Shown here: one piece after another, positions 46,313 to 56,485 of the stretch
Layout: the number at the start of each line of letters is the position of its first letter
How positions within the stretch are numbered: the first letter of the stretch is position 1
IMG/VR virus record: IMGVR_UViG_3300007177_000055
Coordinates: 61,410-125,409 of that record
Source: a virus
DNA length: 64,000 bases
Reading direction: 5' to 3' (one strand)
Notes under the pieces: generated by a model
What the model was told of the DNA's origin: nothing
Databases searched by the model: none
Seen by the model: the letters and a program-made list of their open reading frames with translations, nothing else
Position numbers and translations under genes: made by a program

Positions 46313-48246
46313 GCTATGTTACCACTCTCTGGTGTTAAAGAGCCGCCCGACATTAAAGAAGTATCTTCACCGTTTTCTGTAGCAGTATTACTTGAAGGTG
46401 TAGAAGTCTCAGTAACAGAGTTACTAGGTATCCAATCTTTAAAAACTTGGAGTGCGCCTTGCAAGTGAACTGAGTCTAATAAGCTTACCAGACCTAAAGT
46501 ACGTGCAGTAGTCTCTTTACGATAACCATAAATATCAGCTCTCATAGCTGATAGATCTGTTTGGTAATCTTGTTGTCCAGGTTCTGGCAAACCATTAGCT
46601 AAATATACGTCCCCGTCTGACCCTCTGGGATTACTAGTATTTTGTAGGGCAAAGAGTAAATCATAAGTGGTTAGCAGGTCATCAAAAGCAGTTTCTATAA
46701 CCATAGTAGCGGTATCTGCAGGTTGAGGAAAGATCGGCACCACATTAGTATAAAACAGGTCAGGTGAAATGTTAGAACTTAAGCTTTGAGAGGCAGTCTG
46801 TAAACTGAGGTAAGACTGCAATTCTATTGGTGTAGCGTTACTATTACTGGCAACTAAAGCCACCGGGTTACTAGAAGTAAGTACAAGGCTGTAACTTCCA
46901 GGGGCACCAGTAGGCTCTAAATTACCTGTGCTACCCGGGCCGTACAGTGGAAAAACTTGACCTTCTACTGGGTTCCCTAAAACGTCAGTAATTTGTAGGC
47001 TAATGCGATTACCAAACTGTTTATCAGCTTTAAGTAAGCGAGTTTCTCCTATTGGAGGTTGCTGTTGTAAAGCTAAAAATTGAGGGTCAGCTGTTTCCGC
47101 AGCTTCCGTAACTCTTAATAGAGGAGCTTCATACCATTCAATGACATTTATTCTAGTAAGTTCAGTGCTTAATATAGAGCTCCTATTTGAACCAGATAAC
47201 CAATACAGCGCTAGCTGTTTTACGCCCCTAGCTTTTTCTGAAGCTGCATATAACGAACGCCAAGTTGACTGCATAGAATAAGCATCGTAACTTAGAGCTA
47301 AGTTACAGGCTAATTGATACTTTAGCTCAGAGTAAGCCAAATCAGCATAAAAAGTATCCAAAGATGTTCGTAATACAGACTCTGGTTGAGCATTAAGTAA
47401 CTCTACGTTAAGTAAATAACCTTCTACTGCTAAAGACTGCAACAACAACAGTCCGCCAGCAGGCTTAGTTAGACTTAAACAAGTTCTCAACGTTTTTAAT
47501 ACAGCCTCTTTAGTAAAGTCAGTTAAAAGCGGTGTAGTAACCTCAAACAAAAACTCTTCATATTCTCCTAAAAAAACTCTTAAAGGTAAACTATCAGTTT
47601 CTAGAGACTGTTGCTGCCTGCGCACTTTATAGAGCTGTTGTAAGCCCTGACCGTTTGTAGCTTGAAGCAAAGAACTTAAAGTCTCTGGTATTACGCTAAG
47701 AGAACTAGACAAATTAAGGGCTGAATACAGCTGGGTAAGTCGCTCAGTAGGATTACCTTTAAGTCCTAAGTCTGCCCACACTAAACTTACTAAATTCCTA
47801 AGTAACTGGGTAGGGTTTAGATCCTGGTCTAATTGAGTTAAATAATAAGCTAAAGATCCTAAAAGGTCAGCATATTTATACTTGGGAGGATGGTCTGATA
47901 TAGGTTTTCGGTAAGGCCATATGTCGTCATAAGAATAAGCCTGCCATGCTTTAGTAGCATGTCGAGTAAGGCTGGTTTTGGCTTCGTCTTTATACTGACA
48001 GTTGACCAAACATTCCAATAAAGCCCTACTTAAAAAGTAATCTCGATAGTGTAATACAGTTGGGTTAGTAGCATTCGACCAACTAAAGGAATAGTCAGTA
48101 GCTAACTGAAACAACCCAGAACGTCCTTTTAAAAGGGCTAATAAGTACTCCCTATTTGACTCCCACCTTGAACTCACTTCAAAACCAAGCTTCAAGTTAC
48201 CAGAAGCAAAAGGGAACTCAACTAGTGGTTTTGATCTGAGAGACAT
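46309..48246 (-). CDS. hypothetical tail/baseplate protein
   Basis: 645-aa Leu-rich helical ORF in the tail operon. Confidence 0.7.
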   Translation of the reverse strand: MSLRSKPLVEFPFASGNLKLGFEVSSRWESNREYLLALLKGRSGLFQLATDYSFSWSNATNPTVLHYRDYFLSRALLECLVNCQYKDEAKTSLTRHATKAWQAYSYDDIWPYRKPISDHPPKYKYADLLGSLAYYLTQLDQDLNPTQLLRNLVSLVWADLGLKGNPTERLTQLYSALNLSSSLSVIPETLSSLLQATNGQGLQQLYKVRRQQQSLETDSLPLRVFLGEYEEFLFEVTTPLLTDFTKEAVLKTLRTCLSLTKPAGGLLLLQSLAVEGYLLNVELLNAQPESVLRTSLDTFYADLAYSELKYQLACNLALSYDAYSMQSTWRSLYAASEKARGVKQLALYWLSGSNRSSILSTELTRINVIEWYEAPLLRVTEAAETADPQFLALQQQPPIGETRLLKADKQFGNRISLQITDVLGNPVEGQVFPLYGPGSTGNLEPTGAPGSYSLVLTSSNPVALVASNSNATPIELQSYLSLQTASQSLSSNISPDLFYTNVVPIFPQPADTATMVIETAFDDLLTTYDLLFALQNTSNPRGSDGDVYLANGLPEPGQQDYQTDLSAMRADIYGYRKETTARTLGLVSLLDSVHLQGALQVFKDWIPSNSVTETSTPSSNTATENGEDTSLMSGGSLTPESGNIA

Positions 48247-48799
48247 ACGTAAAATAAAACTGTTGAGTTGTTAAGTGACCTAGAGCTACAGGTGCATAGG
48301 TTTTACCTAAAAGACCAGCCAAAGAAAAAGTAGCTGAACCTAGTATAGGTGTTTTAGTAATTCGCTGAACAGCAGCTGTCAAAAAAGACAGTAAATCTCC
48401 TCGCAACAAACTTTCCAATTCTACCTTCAAAACAGGCTGTTGCTCTGAAGCCCAGCGTACTATGTAAATAGGGTCTAATTGTTGAGATACATCAAATTCA
48501 GCGTACCCTAAGTACTGAGTAATATCAGTGATGTCTTCTCTTTCACCTAACCAAAGTTCTAACAACAAGTTTTTAACTTGGGCTAAACCTGGGTCCAGCA
48601 ACCCTATTAAATTAATCAAACCGTATATACTGTGCCCTACCCATTGTCCTAAACTAGTTACCCATTCATCAGCTTTGGGTAACCCATAACTTGTTAACAA
48701 ACTTTCTAAAGCCAACTCAGGATGGGTAGCAAAGTCACCTTGACCTGGAAAAACAAAGTAAAACGGAGCGGTAGGGCTACTAGATAGGGAAGTAATCAC
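48218..48799 (-). CDS. hypothetical tail/baseplate protein
   Basis: 193-aa ORF. Confidence 0.65.
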   Translation of the reverse strand: MITSLSSSPTAPFYFVFPGQGDFATHPELALESLLTSYGLPKADEWVTSLGQWVGHSIYGLINLIGLLDPGLAQVKNLLLELWLGEREDITDITQYLGYAEFDVSQQLDPIYIVRWASEQQPVLKVELESLLRGDLLSFLTAAVQRITKTPILGSATFSLAGLLGKTYAPVALGHLTTQQFYFTYVSQIKTTS

Positions 48800-48800
48800 A

Positions 48801-50120
48801 CTAAGATATTCCAGGAAATAAGAAAGGAACAGACTCTGGCATTTCTTTAGACTCTACAAAAGGAGGAGAAACTTCTGGAGTAAGGGGAGCATATTCACCC
48901 GTACAAGCATCTAACGTAGCTATATAAGTAGCATCAGGTTTAGCTGTAAGCTGTCGAGTAACTTCTTTAAATAAAGAGCTTAACAAGTTAAGAGGGTCTA
49001 CAGCTCTCCACAACAGTAGCCCTAACGAATCCTTAGGGGCTAAGCGATCTAACTGAGGCCCTACTAGACCAAGCAAAGTAGTTTCAACGGAATCAGCTGA
49101 AACCCCTACTTTACCAGTTTTAGGATCATAACTAACGGGCCCTACATTTAGACCAGAACTGCTTTTACTAACCTGCAAAAAGTCAGGCAGTTGAGCATTA
49201 GCTTGATCCAAACCATACTCGAAAACCTCTCCAGCTATATACTCGCCAGCTGCTTTCAAACGACCAACATCAAAAAAACGGTTGCCTTTTCTAACGTAAA
49301 CTTCACCATCAGCACGAGCACCAACTTGCATGTTTTCACTTAAAGCCTGCTCAGCATTAGGTACAATTTGACCGTCCTTAACCGTCGCTAAGTTGCTTAA
49401 AGGTATGGTAACACCTTCAAACAGCAAGTTACCTGCATTAGATAAGACCTGAGCATAGTCAGGTTGAGTTTGGTTTAAGCCCGACAGTCCCTTTTCTACT
49501 AAAGTAGAAAAAACTTGTTGTCCCACGTAAACTTCAGCTTTAGTCGGATTATAATTAATGCCTCCCACACTTATATCTTGTATGCCTTTACCATCAGGAC
49601 TAAGAGCTACATCCAACTGAGCATAAGGCGGTAGCTGTTCATTAAGCGCATTTAAACCTAGCTGTAAAGCTCCCGATAATAAGCCACCTAAATCAAAGAG
49701 TTTCTTACCAGTACCTTTTATAGCCTGAACGTTTTGCTTAACACAGATGTTTATTTGAGAGTATCTAGCTAAATCATCTTCAGCCTGTTGCCAGTCACTC
49801 ATCGCTCGTTGCAAAATCAGCTCTTGAAACTCTTTATTTTTAGGTAAAGTATCTTCACCCCATAAGCAAAGTTGAGGTGTATTTGAAGCGGGTACAGTAG
49901 GGTTAGAAGCACTAGGAAAGCCCGTTTGCAACTTAGCAGCTGCAGCTTGAGCTACTGCTATACTGCGCCGTGCTTCTTGTAAGGCTTTGGTATCTCCATT
50001 TGCAGTAGCTACATTAGTGGTTTCTGTTTTACTCGTAGCACTAGTTATTACCTCACTACGCCGTTCAATTACCTGCCCTAGAGGAGTAACAAAAACATGA
50101 CCACCTGTTTGTTTAGTCAT
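48801..50120 (-). CDS. hypothetical tail protein with internal repeats
   Basis: LNEQLPPYAQL / LNQTQPDYAQV / ANAQLPDFLQV repeats. Confidence 0.7.
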   Translation of the reverse strand: MTKQTGGHVFVTPLGQVIERRSEVITSATSKTETTNVATANGDTKALQEARRSIAVAQAAAAKLQTGFPSASNPTVPASNTPQLCLWGEDTLPKNKEFQELILQRAMSDWQQAEDDLARYSQINICVKQNVQAIKGTGKKLFDLGGLLSGALQLGLNALNEQLPPYAQLDVALSPDGKGIQDISVGGINYNPTKAEVYVGQQVFSTLVEKGLSGLNQTQPDYAQVLSNAGNLLFEGVTIPLSNLATVKDGQIVPNAEQALSENMQVGARADGEVYVRKGNRFFDVGRLKAAGEYIAGEVFEYGLDQANAQLPDFLQVSKSSSGLNVGPVSYDPKTGKVGVSADSVETTLLGLVGPQLDRLAPKDSLGLLLWRAVDPLNLLSSLFKEVTRQLTAKPDATYIATLDACTGEYAPLTPEVSPPFVESKEMPESVPFLFPGIS

Positions 50121-50590
50121 TTTACTAAGAAAGTGGAGTAAACTTCAGCTTGGCCGGTGTAGCCAAAACGAACAGCTTCTGGCGGGGCTGATATAGGTAG
50201 GGGGTGTAACATTACACCTTCAGAAACAGTACCCACTGCAGGAGCTAAGTTATTTTTTACATACTCAGGCAGCAAATCTAAATGCGGCTTGAACCCAGTT
50301 ATGTAAGGTCGACCAGTATCTCCGCTTTCAAAGGCTATAACCACACCATCTCCATAAGAAAGCGTAGTCTGGGAACCTACACCGTGACTAGAAGCATAGC
50401 GATTAGCGTTGTTTGTAACAGTATAAGCATACCCTAAAGCTGGTATATAAACTTGAGCCGTGCCAGCTAAATGATCTACGGGACCTATACTACACACTAT
50501 TCCGTAGTGAGTACAGTTACGCTTAGCGTCGTAGTAATCACGCTGTTCTAAAGGACGAGGACGCGTATTTAAGTCTAGATGGGCACTCAT
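50117..50590 (-). CDS. gp5/gpV-type OB-fold (spike N-terminal domain) protein
   Basis: G.V..I.P....G..QV.IP ... G.G.Q..L..GD.V.IAFE.GD..RPYI.G. Confidence 0.65.
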   Translation of the reverse strand: MSAHLDLNTRPRPLEQRDYYDAKRNCTHYGIVCSIGPVDHLAGTAQVYIPALGYAYTVTNNANRYASSHGVGSQTTLSYGDGVVIAFESGDTGRPYITGFKPHLDLLPEYVKNNLAPAVGTVSEGVMLHPLPISAPPEAVRFGYTGQAEVYSTFLVK

Positions 50591-52560
50591 TAGAAAGGGC
50601 TTAACAGTGCTAACTCAGTGTAATAACCTTCTTCAGAATCATTATATAGGTGTGTAAAACCCTCAACCCGCCATACTGTTTCTGGTGCTGCTTTAAAGTT
50701 TAAGGCATTAACAGTCTCGATAGATTGGTCTGGGTCAAAAGCTAAGTTGCATAATTGCTGAGCACCTTTAATCACTTCTGTATTACTACCACTAACTTTA
50801 ACTTCAAAGGGTTGATCTAACAAGACTGGTTTTTGCCCTGCCTTAGGTGTTTCTTTTAAGACCAAGTTAGCGTTCTTAGTGTCTTGTTGTTTTATTTGTT
50901 GATCAATATCGGAATCTATAGCAGCAAAAGCATCTATTTGTCTAATTAACAGCTCACGATCTTCATCTAACTTAGCCGGATCAAACTTTATTAAAGGGCT
51001 GCCAACTACTTGTATTGCTTCCCCTGGGCATAAACTAGGATCACCCACTACTCTAGTAGTAGCTGCTTTTACGTCCTTAGACAACTGCCTAGCATACTTT
51101 ATGGCTAACGCCCCTACTGATACAGGATCAATTGCTGAAGGATCTACAACTGTATAGTATGACGCTGGATAAGGTAAGGGTTTACCTCCAGAAGTTTGCA
51201 AAAGGGGTGGGACTGACACTAAGTGAGTAGTTAATATAGATCCCTTACTTTCAGAGCCCTTTTGGTTGGTGACAATAATGTTAGTCCTCAAACCTATAGC
51301 TGAACGCTCTTCCCTAAAACTTAAACACATTTGCCGAGGATCCGGCACGACGCCATTTGGGTAAAGACGGTAATAATAGACTCGGTTAAAGCGCAGTGGG
51401 TCGCTAAAACCACTAACATCCGTACCTCGGTTAACATACCAGTACTCTCCTGACCTATGATCCGCAAACATTTCAGTAGGCCACGGTTCCTGATTAGATA
51501 AGTACTTAATAAACTCAATAGGTACCCGCTCAGATACTTGAAAGTTAGAAGTAATAGCTCCGGTCAAATAGGGCTTTCTACCTGTCAAGATATTAAACTT
51601 TAGGCCTGGATAAGGTAGAGAACCGTTTTTGGTGCTAGCACCTAACAAACCAACCCACTTTGACTTAGGATCATACTTAGCGTAAGCTTTTAAGCTTTCG
51701 TCTGGTTCAGAGTTTGTAGTACCAGCAGTATTTTGAATGTTAGGGTCTATGCCGACACCTCTTACTAGGCTACAAGGCCCTTGCAAAGGTGAATCCGACT
51801 CTGCAACTACAGCTTTAGAGTCCCTAAGATCACCAACCGACCTTCTAGCTATAGCCAAAATAACATCAGCTCTAGTCAGCTCTTTTTGTTCCGACAAAGA
51901 CCCTTCTTTTGTAGCTGTAAAGTCAGCAAGCAGAGGAGAACTACTGGATAAGCTACGAGTATTATCGTCAGAATTATAAGTACCTAAAGAGTCCATCAGG
52001 TACTTCATTCTATCTCGTATTTGAATCAAAAGATTCGTGCCGTTACGGTTGGTACCTGTAGTAGTAATAGTATCCACACCTCCTACAAACACTCGTAACA
52101 AACGGTTTTGTTGTAAGTCTTCTTGAGTAACAGGGCGTAAAGTATCAATGTAGCCTAAGTAGATACAAACTTCGACTGTTGGCCTTAAAGGTATGTCGTA
52201 ATTAGTGCTCATCATTACTGGATCATCACTTGATACAGCTTTTCCGCCAGCGCTAACAGTTCTATTAGCAAAACCAGCTATACCCTCGGTACCCACAATT
52301 TCTGGAAAACCTGCTCCTAAGTCATCGGCATTAATGGTACACTGTACCAAAGCTGTGCTAGAGCTCCAAAAACGATTAACAGTAACTTTAGCTTTGGTAA
52401 CCAGCCATTTGGTTACACCTGGGGGCTCCATGTTTCTAATAAGAATTTTTCCAGCAATATCTGTAACTACACAAACAGGAATATAACCATTGCCCTTCAT
52501 ATGGCAATTATCTCCTAGTTTAGGATTATAAGCCGGAGCCATTAAACGTTGGTCGGCCAC
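50590..52560 (-). CDS. baseplate hub protein (gp27/gpD-like)
   Basis: V.IYLGY, VFVG.VD.I, IQIRDRMKYL, VVGDPSL.PGE.I.V, WRVEG.TH....GY.TEL.L; start may be ATG 52542. Confidence 0.75.
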   Translation of the reverse strand: MADQRLMAPAYNPKLGDNCHMKGNGYIPVCVVTDIAGKILIRNMEPPGVTKWLVTKAKVTVNRFWSSSTALVQCTINADDLGAGFPEIVGTEGIAGFANRTVSAGGKAVSSDDPVMMSTNYDIPLRPTVEVCIYLGYIDTLRPVTQEDLQQNRLLRVFVGGVDTITTTGTNRNGTNLLIQIRDRMKYLMDSLGTYNSDDNTRSLSSSSPLLADFTATKEGSLSEQKELTRADVILAIARRSVGDLRDSKAVVAESDSPLQGPCSLVRGVGIDPNIQNTAGTTNSEPDESLKAYAKYDPKSKWVGLLGASTKNGSLPYPGLKFNILTGRKPYLTGAITSNFQVSERVPIEFIKYLSNQEPWPTEMFADHRSGEYWYVNRGTDVSGFSDPLRFNRVYYYRLYPNGVVPDPRQMCLSFREERSAIGLRTNIIVTNQKGSESKGSILTTHLVSVPPLLQTSGGKPLPYPASYYTVVDPSAIDPVSVGALAIKYARQLSKDVKAATTRVVGDPSLCPGEAIQVVGSPLIKFDPAKLDEDRELLIRQIDAFAAIDSDIDQQIKQQDTKNANLVLKETPKAGQKPVLLDQPFEVKVSGSNTEVIKGAQQLCNLAFDPDQSIETVNALNFKAAPETVWRVEGFTHLYNDSEEGYYTELALLSPF

Positions 52561-52588
52561 AAAAAAGCTGCAGGGTTAACTGCAGCTT
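52561..52588 (-). terminator. Rho-independent terminator/attenuator after the tail tube gene
   Basis: AAGCTGCAG-N6-CTGCAGCTT 9-bp stem running into a T-run on the minus strand. Confidence 0.72.
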
Positions 52589-52610
52589 AACTTATTTAGG
52601 AGACAAAAGT

Positions 52611-53333
52611 CTACGTTCTAAAGTAACTAGACCAGTCGGCTAACGAATCATTATTTTGGGTAACGCCCAGTGAAGGGATGCTTGCATAAGTACGCTCTGG
52701 ACTACCACCCACTGTAGGGGTAACACCAGCACGAATAACAGCTGAATTATTAGCTGCCAGATTTTCATATTGGTAACCTTCACACAAGCCTTCAATACGA
52801 GTAGCAATAACAGATCTTCCTGCCATTACTCCAAGAGTAACCGAGTCAGGTTTGCAGTTTTGCAAATGGTATCGACCAGTTGTTTGACGAGTCGAGTGCA
52901 ACGGTCGGTTAACACCGGTCAAATATTCACCCGTACGTTCAGCATTGGAATTAGAAATTCCATTAGCTTGTTCTTTACTTAAGTTAGGTGCATAGACCTC
53001 GAAAGTCAATTGCATCCGAGGACTGCGATCAGGCCGCATTTCCCGACCTAAACTAGAAAAACCAAAAACGTCTTCCATAATTGCAGTGTCAACTAGGCCT
53101 CTTTCGAGAACCCAACCAAACTGAAATTCTCCATCCAAAAGACGGGGAATGCGTTGGTTCATTTCCATATACGGTTCGGTAGCATTCCGAATCGTCAACT
53201 GGAAACTAGAAAAACGACCTACCAAAACTTGCCGACCCGTAGCTTGATCTAGTGCAAATACATCGGAATCAAAACCCTGCATCGGGTCAAGAATCGCGTT
53301 ATTTGTAATAGTTCTGTTTAAAGAGTTAGTCAT
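52611..53333 (-). CDS. tail tube protein
   Basis: Directly downstream of the sheath; GE...GWVLERGLVD pattern; 240 aa. Confidence 0.75.
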   Translation of the reverse strand: MTNSLNRTITNNAILDPMQGFDSDVFALDQATGRQVLVGRFSSFQLTIRNATEPYMEMNQRIPRLLDGEFQFGWVLERGLVDTAIMEDVFGFSSLGREMRPDRSPRMQLTFEVYAPNLSKEQANGISNSNAERTGEYLTGVNRPLHSTRQTTGRYHLQNCKPDSVTLGVMAGRSVIATRIEGLCEGYQYENLAANNSAVIRAGVTPTVGGSPERTYASIPSLGVTQNNDSLADWSSYFRT

Positions 53334-53344
53334 TTAAGGTTACC

Positions 53345-56300
53345 TCAGAAACCATTCATGGAATTGGAGCCTACATCTACCGAAAAAGTCTCCGACAGAT
53401 CACGGATAACGTTAACATTGAAGAAATCAGCAGGAAAAACTGGGGTTACTCTAATCGTAATGTAAGCCTTACCTGAAATCATGTCAGACTCAGAGTTGTT
53501 TTCTGGTCCACAAACTGCAGGAGCTATACGAATAAAGTCACCGTCTCTGAGACCTGTAGACAAACGAGCGTTTACCGCAGCAGAAATGCGACGTTGGAGC
53601 TCTCTAGTATTAGGCTCAGATCTTACCCATTGAAGAGCAAAATGAAGGTCCGATATCAGTTGGTCAAGAATTCGACGAACTGAGTCGTATCGCCTATTAG
53701 GATCACTAGAAGTAGTAACACCGTTGAGAAACTTAAAGGCTCGAATACCAGCGTCATAAAAAAGTGCATCTGCATGACCTGCAGAAATAGTCTCTAAGTA
53801 TTCGCTAGTAGACTTAGTATCTACAGAAACTACATTAGGAACTACCACTGAACCATAAGTTGAAGCCAGCGAAATTCTAGGTGGACGTATAGCCATTAAG
53901 GCTGCCGCTTTTAGGGAAGACCCTACACGTGGATAAAGGTTTCCGTCTAGAGCCCTGGAAGTAGAATGCCCGACGATTAGTTTAATGCGCTCAGAATCTA
54001 AGCTAGTGGCTAAGGCCGCAGCTTGACGAGCTGGTATACCAGGAACTGGTTCAAAAATACCTAAGCGCAAACCTAGTTGAACGTTAGAAGACTCAATGTC
54101 AGCTTTTACTTTAGTAAAAACTTCATCAAAGAAACCATCTCCATAAGACAAACCAGGCAACGTTACGTAGGCTACATCTTGGTCTGCCATTTGATTAACG
54201 CCAGACAAAAACCCTCTTTTTCGAGCTTCTACTGAAGAAAGAGTAGAAGGAGAGTAATCACTAGCACCTGTAAGAGAAATGGCTCGAATATAAGCTCCGG
54301 CTTGAGCAGAAACAGAGGTAGCTCCAGTGTTAAAGAGAACTGATTGCTGACCTAGAGGAGGAGCCTGCCGAAGCGGTTGTAGTAGATAAGTGTCCTCTGT
54401 TGGGGCACTATTTTGACCAGCTTCTAGTACAGGGATAAAATAGGCCCTAATTAACGGAGAGTTAGCCGTAGCTAAATAAACGCCATTGGCATCAATTTCA
54501 GCGTTAGACAAACGGTAGCTCTCTGGCGGAGCTCCGTTAACATTGTTATCTACTACAGCTAATTGAAACTGAGCAGCAGTAGCACTGGTATTACCAGGGG
54601 TAAGGGTAACCTGTAGAGAATTGCCGTAGGCACCGGGGCTAATAGCTTGAACTCTTAGAATAGGCCGACCATTCAAAGAGTAAAAGTCTCGGTAGGCAAA
54701 AGTAGGTCCTTGAAAACCGTCTGCAAAAGCAGCATAAGTGCCGTAGTTAGCAAAGTCAAAGCTAGTTTCTTCAGTACGCTTGAACAGTATATCCAAAGCT
54801 AAAGAGCTAGTACCTGCAACGTAACGAACTAACTTGTAAAAAATCCGGTTAGCTTCAGTGCCAATCAGTTTTGAAGTGAGAGTAAAAGAGTAGGGAGGAA
54901 TTAATAAACTAGCTTGAGCATCAGCAATCAAAGAGTTAAAGACAGCATTGCCATTAACAGCCGTCTCCAAAGAACGCAAAATGCTAGAAGCAGACGTTCC
55001 CGAAGTAAAAGCACCTGCACCCGCGGGTGTAGTAGCCCCTAAAGTCAAAGCTGAATGAGCAAAAGAAACACTTATGTGTCCGCCTTTGATTAAAGCTATG
55101 GAAGATTGAGAATCAGCGCCAAACTGTAGCTGCAAACCTTCATCAGCACCAGCACCAAAGTTCTCCATAGAAAGAACAGCGGCTGTAGTAAGAGCATTGG
55201 CAGTTAGATATCCAAAGCGGATGTAGGTCCCACCAGCATCTACAGGTAGGGCTACATAAGCATCAATCGGGTAAGTAGCTACAGCATCTGTATAAGTAGC
55301 CCCAGCGATAGAAAAGTAAGTGGCACCTGCAGTATAAGCACTAATAGAAGTGGAATCTATTGCTTCGTAGGCATAACCTAAAATGTAGTTACCTTTATTA
55401 GGGTTATATACTGCCATACCGTTAACTGTCGTAGCACTGGTAGCAGTAAGGTTCTTAACTACATAAGCATCTTTGGTAGTTGAATGGTTAATAGCAGGAG
55501 AGACTACTAACAACTCAGTAGCGACAACCGCAGTACCCGTACCAGTACCTACGCCAGTAGCTGTAAATACTGTACCTACAGTATTAGAAGCCGCACCAAT
55601 TAGGGTGTAGTCAGTAGTACCTGCAGTGAGGATCTCATAACTAGTCCCAACTACAAAGGCACCTGCAGTAACAGTAGCTCCAGTTAAACGCAAACAATAC
55701 CCTGGACGGATAAAAGGCTTAACAGTAGAGTAGTTATGACCCGCAGAATCTGCTTTAGCTAGCAGTACGTACTGATAGTTATTAATACTGGCGACAGCTG
55801 TTTCTACTTTGACTGTTTCTCCAACTGCAGAAACAGCGGATGTGCGACTGCCAGCATCTACATAGTCAGTAACATGTAGCTGAAGATTCGCACGACCTGC
55901 CAAAGTCGAATGATTAATCTTAGTAACAGCAGACTTGACTGGTTCGTAAATGTCTCTTTGTACTACAGCAGAGGAAACAAAGTTAAGATCTAGGGAAAGA
56001 CCTACAGTGTAGTTGGTACTATCAGGAAAAATGGAAGTACCAGGACTTACACTTTCATAACCTACAACTGGTTCTAAGTCTGGGTTCCCGGCACCTAGGA
56101 AAAACTTTGCTGTGCTAGCAGTAGACTGAGGAACAGCTCGAACGATAGTAAAGTTAGTAGCACCTAACTGCAATGCATCTTGGATTTGCAAAGAAGCAGG
56201 AGTAGAGCTCTCGCCATAAAGGCGAACAATTTCTTCACGGGAAGAAACTTCGCGAGGTTCTACTGGACCTCTAGAAAATTCTCCGATCACACCAATGCGG

Positions 56301-56380
56301 TCGCGCCACGGCCGAGTTTGCGGAGTAGGCCCGACAGTCGATTCGGTGAAGGAGATATTAGGGTAGCTGAGATCTGCCAT
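53345..56380 (-). CDS. contractile tail sheath protein
   Basis: YP.I.F.E, GVIGEFSRGPV, AISPGAYGN.L.V, C-terminal VRR...EPN..L...I...N..........I...PV.PADF; ATG 56380 has an RBS (ORF-track start is 56401). Confidence 0.92.
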   Translation of the reverse strand: MADLSYPNISFTESTVGPTPQTRPWRDRIGVIGEFSRGPVEPREVSSREEIVRLYGESSTPASLQIQDALQLGATNFTIVRAVPQSTASTAKFFLGAGNPDLEPVVGYESVSPGTSIFPDSTNYTVGLSLDLNFVSSAVVQRDIYEPVKSAVTKINHSTLAGRANLQLHVTDYVDAGSRTSAVSAVGETVKVETAVASINNYQYVLLAKADSAGHNYSTVKPFIRPGYCLRLTGATVTAGAFVVGTSYEILTAGTTDYTLIGAASNTVGTVFTATGVGTGTGTAVVATELLVVSPAINHSTTKDAYVVKNLTATSATTVNGMAVYNPNKGNYILGYAYEAIDSTSISAYTAGATYFSIAGATYTDAVATYPIDAYVALPVDAGGTYIRFGYLTANALTTAAVLSMENFGAGADEGLQLQFGADSQSSIALIKGGHISVSFAHSALTLGATTPAGAGAFTSGTSASSILRSLETAVNGNAVFNSLIADAQASLLIPPYSFTLTSKLIGTEANRIFYKLVRYVAGTSSLALDILFKRTEETSFDFANYGTYAAFADGFQGPTFAYRDFYSLNGRPILRVQAISPGAYGNSLQVTLTPGNTSATAAQFQLAVVDNNVNGAPPESYRLSNAEIDANGVYLATANSPLIRAYFIPVLEAGQNSAPTEDTYLLQPLRQAPPLGQQSVLFNTGATSVSAQAGAYIRAISLTGASDYSPSTLSSVEARKRGFLSGVNQMADQDVAYVTLPGLSYGDGFFDEVFTKVKADIESSNVQLGLRLGIFEPVPGIPARQAAALATSLDSERIKLIVGHSTSRALDGNLYPRVGSSLKAAALMAIRPPRISLASTYGSVVVPNVVSVDTKSTSEYLETISAGHADALFYDAGIRAFKFLNGVTTSSDPNRRYDSVRRILDQLISDLHFALQWVRSEPNTRELQRRISAAVNARLSTGLRDGDFIRIAPAVCGPENNSESDMISGKAYITIRVTPVFPADFFNVNVIRDLSETFSVDVGSNSMNGF

Positions 56381-56461
56381 GGGCTTTCCTAAAAGAAACA
56401 AACTGCAAGTTCGATCGTGGTCGTTGTAGGCTTGCCTATAGGAATACTACTTACCACACAC

Positions 56462-56485
56462 AAAAAGACAAATGCTATTTGTCTT
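56462..56485 (-). terminator. weak terminator-like hairpin overlapping the stop of 56475..57302
   Basis: AAGACAAAT-N3-ATTTGTCTT followed by TTT on the minus strand; AT-rich stem. Confidence 0.35.

Noticed and set aside
56426-56441. NtcA-like site GTA-N8-TAT upstream of the sheath gene
   Set aside because: Imperfect match to GTA-N8-TAC, no properly spaced -10 box identified, and likely by chance
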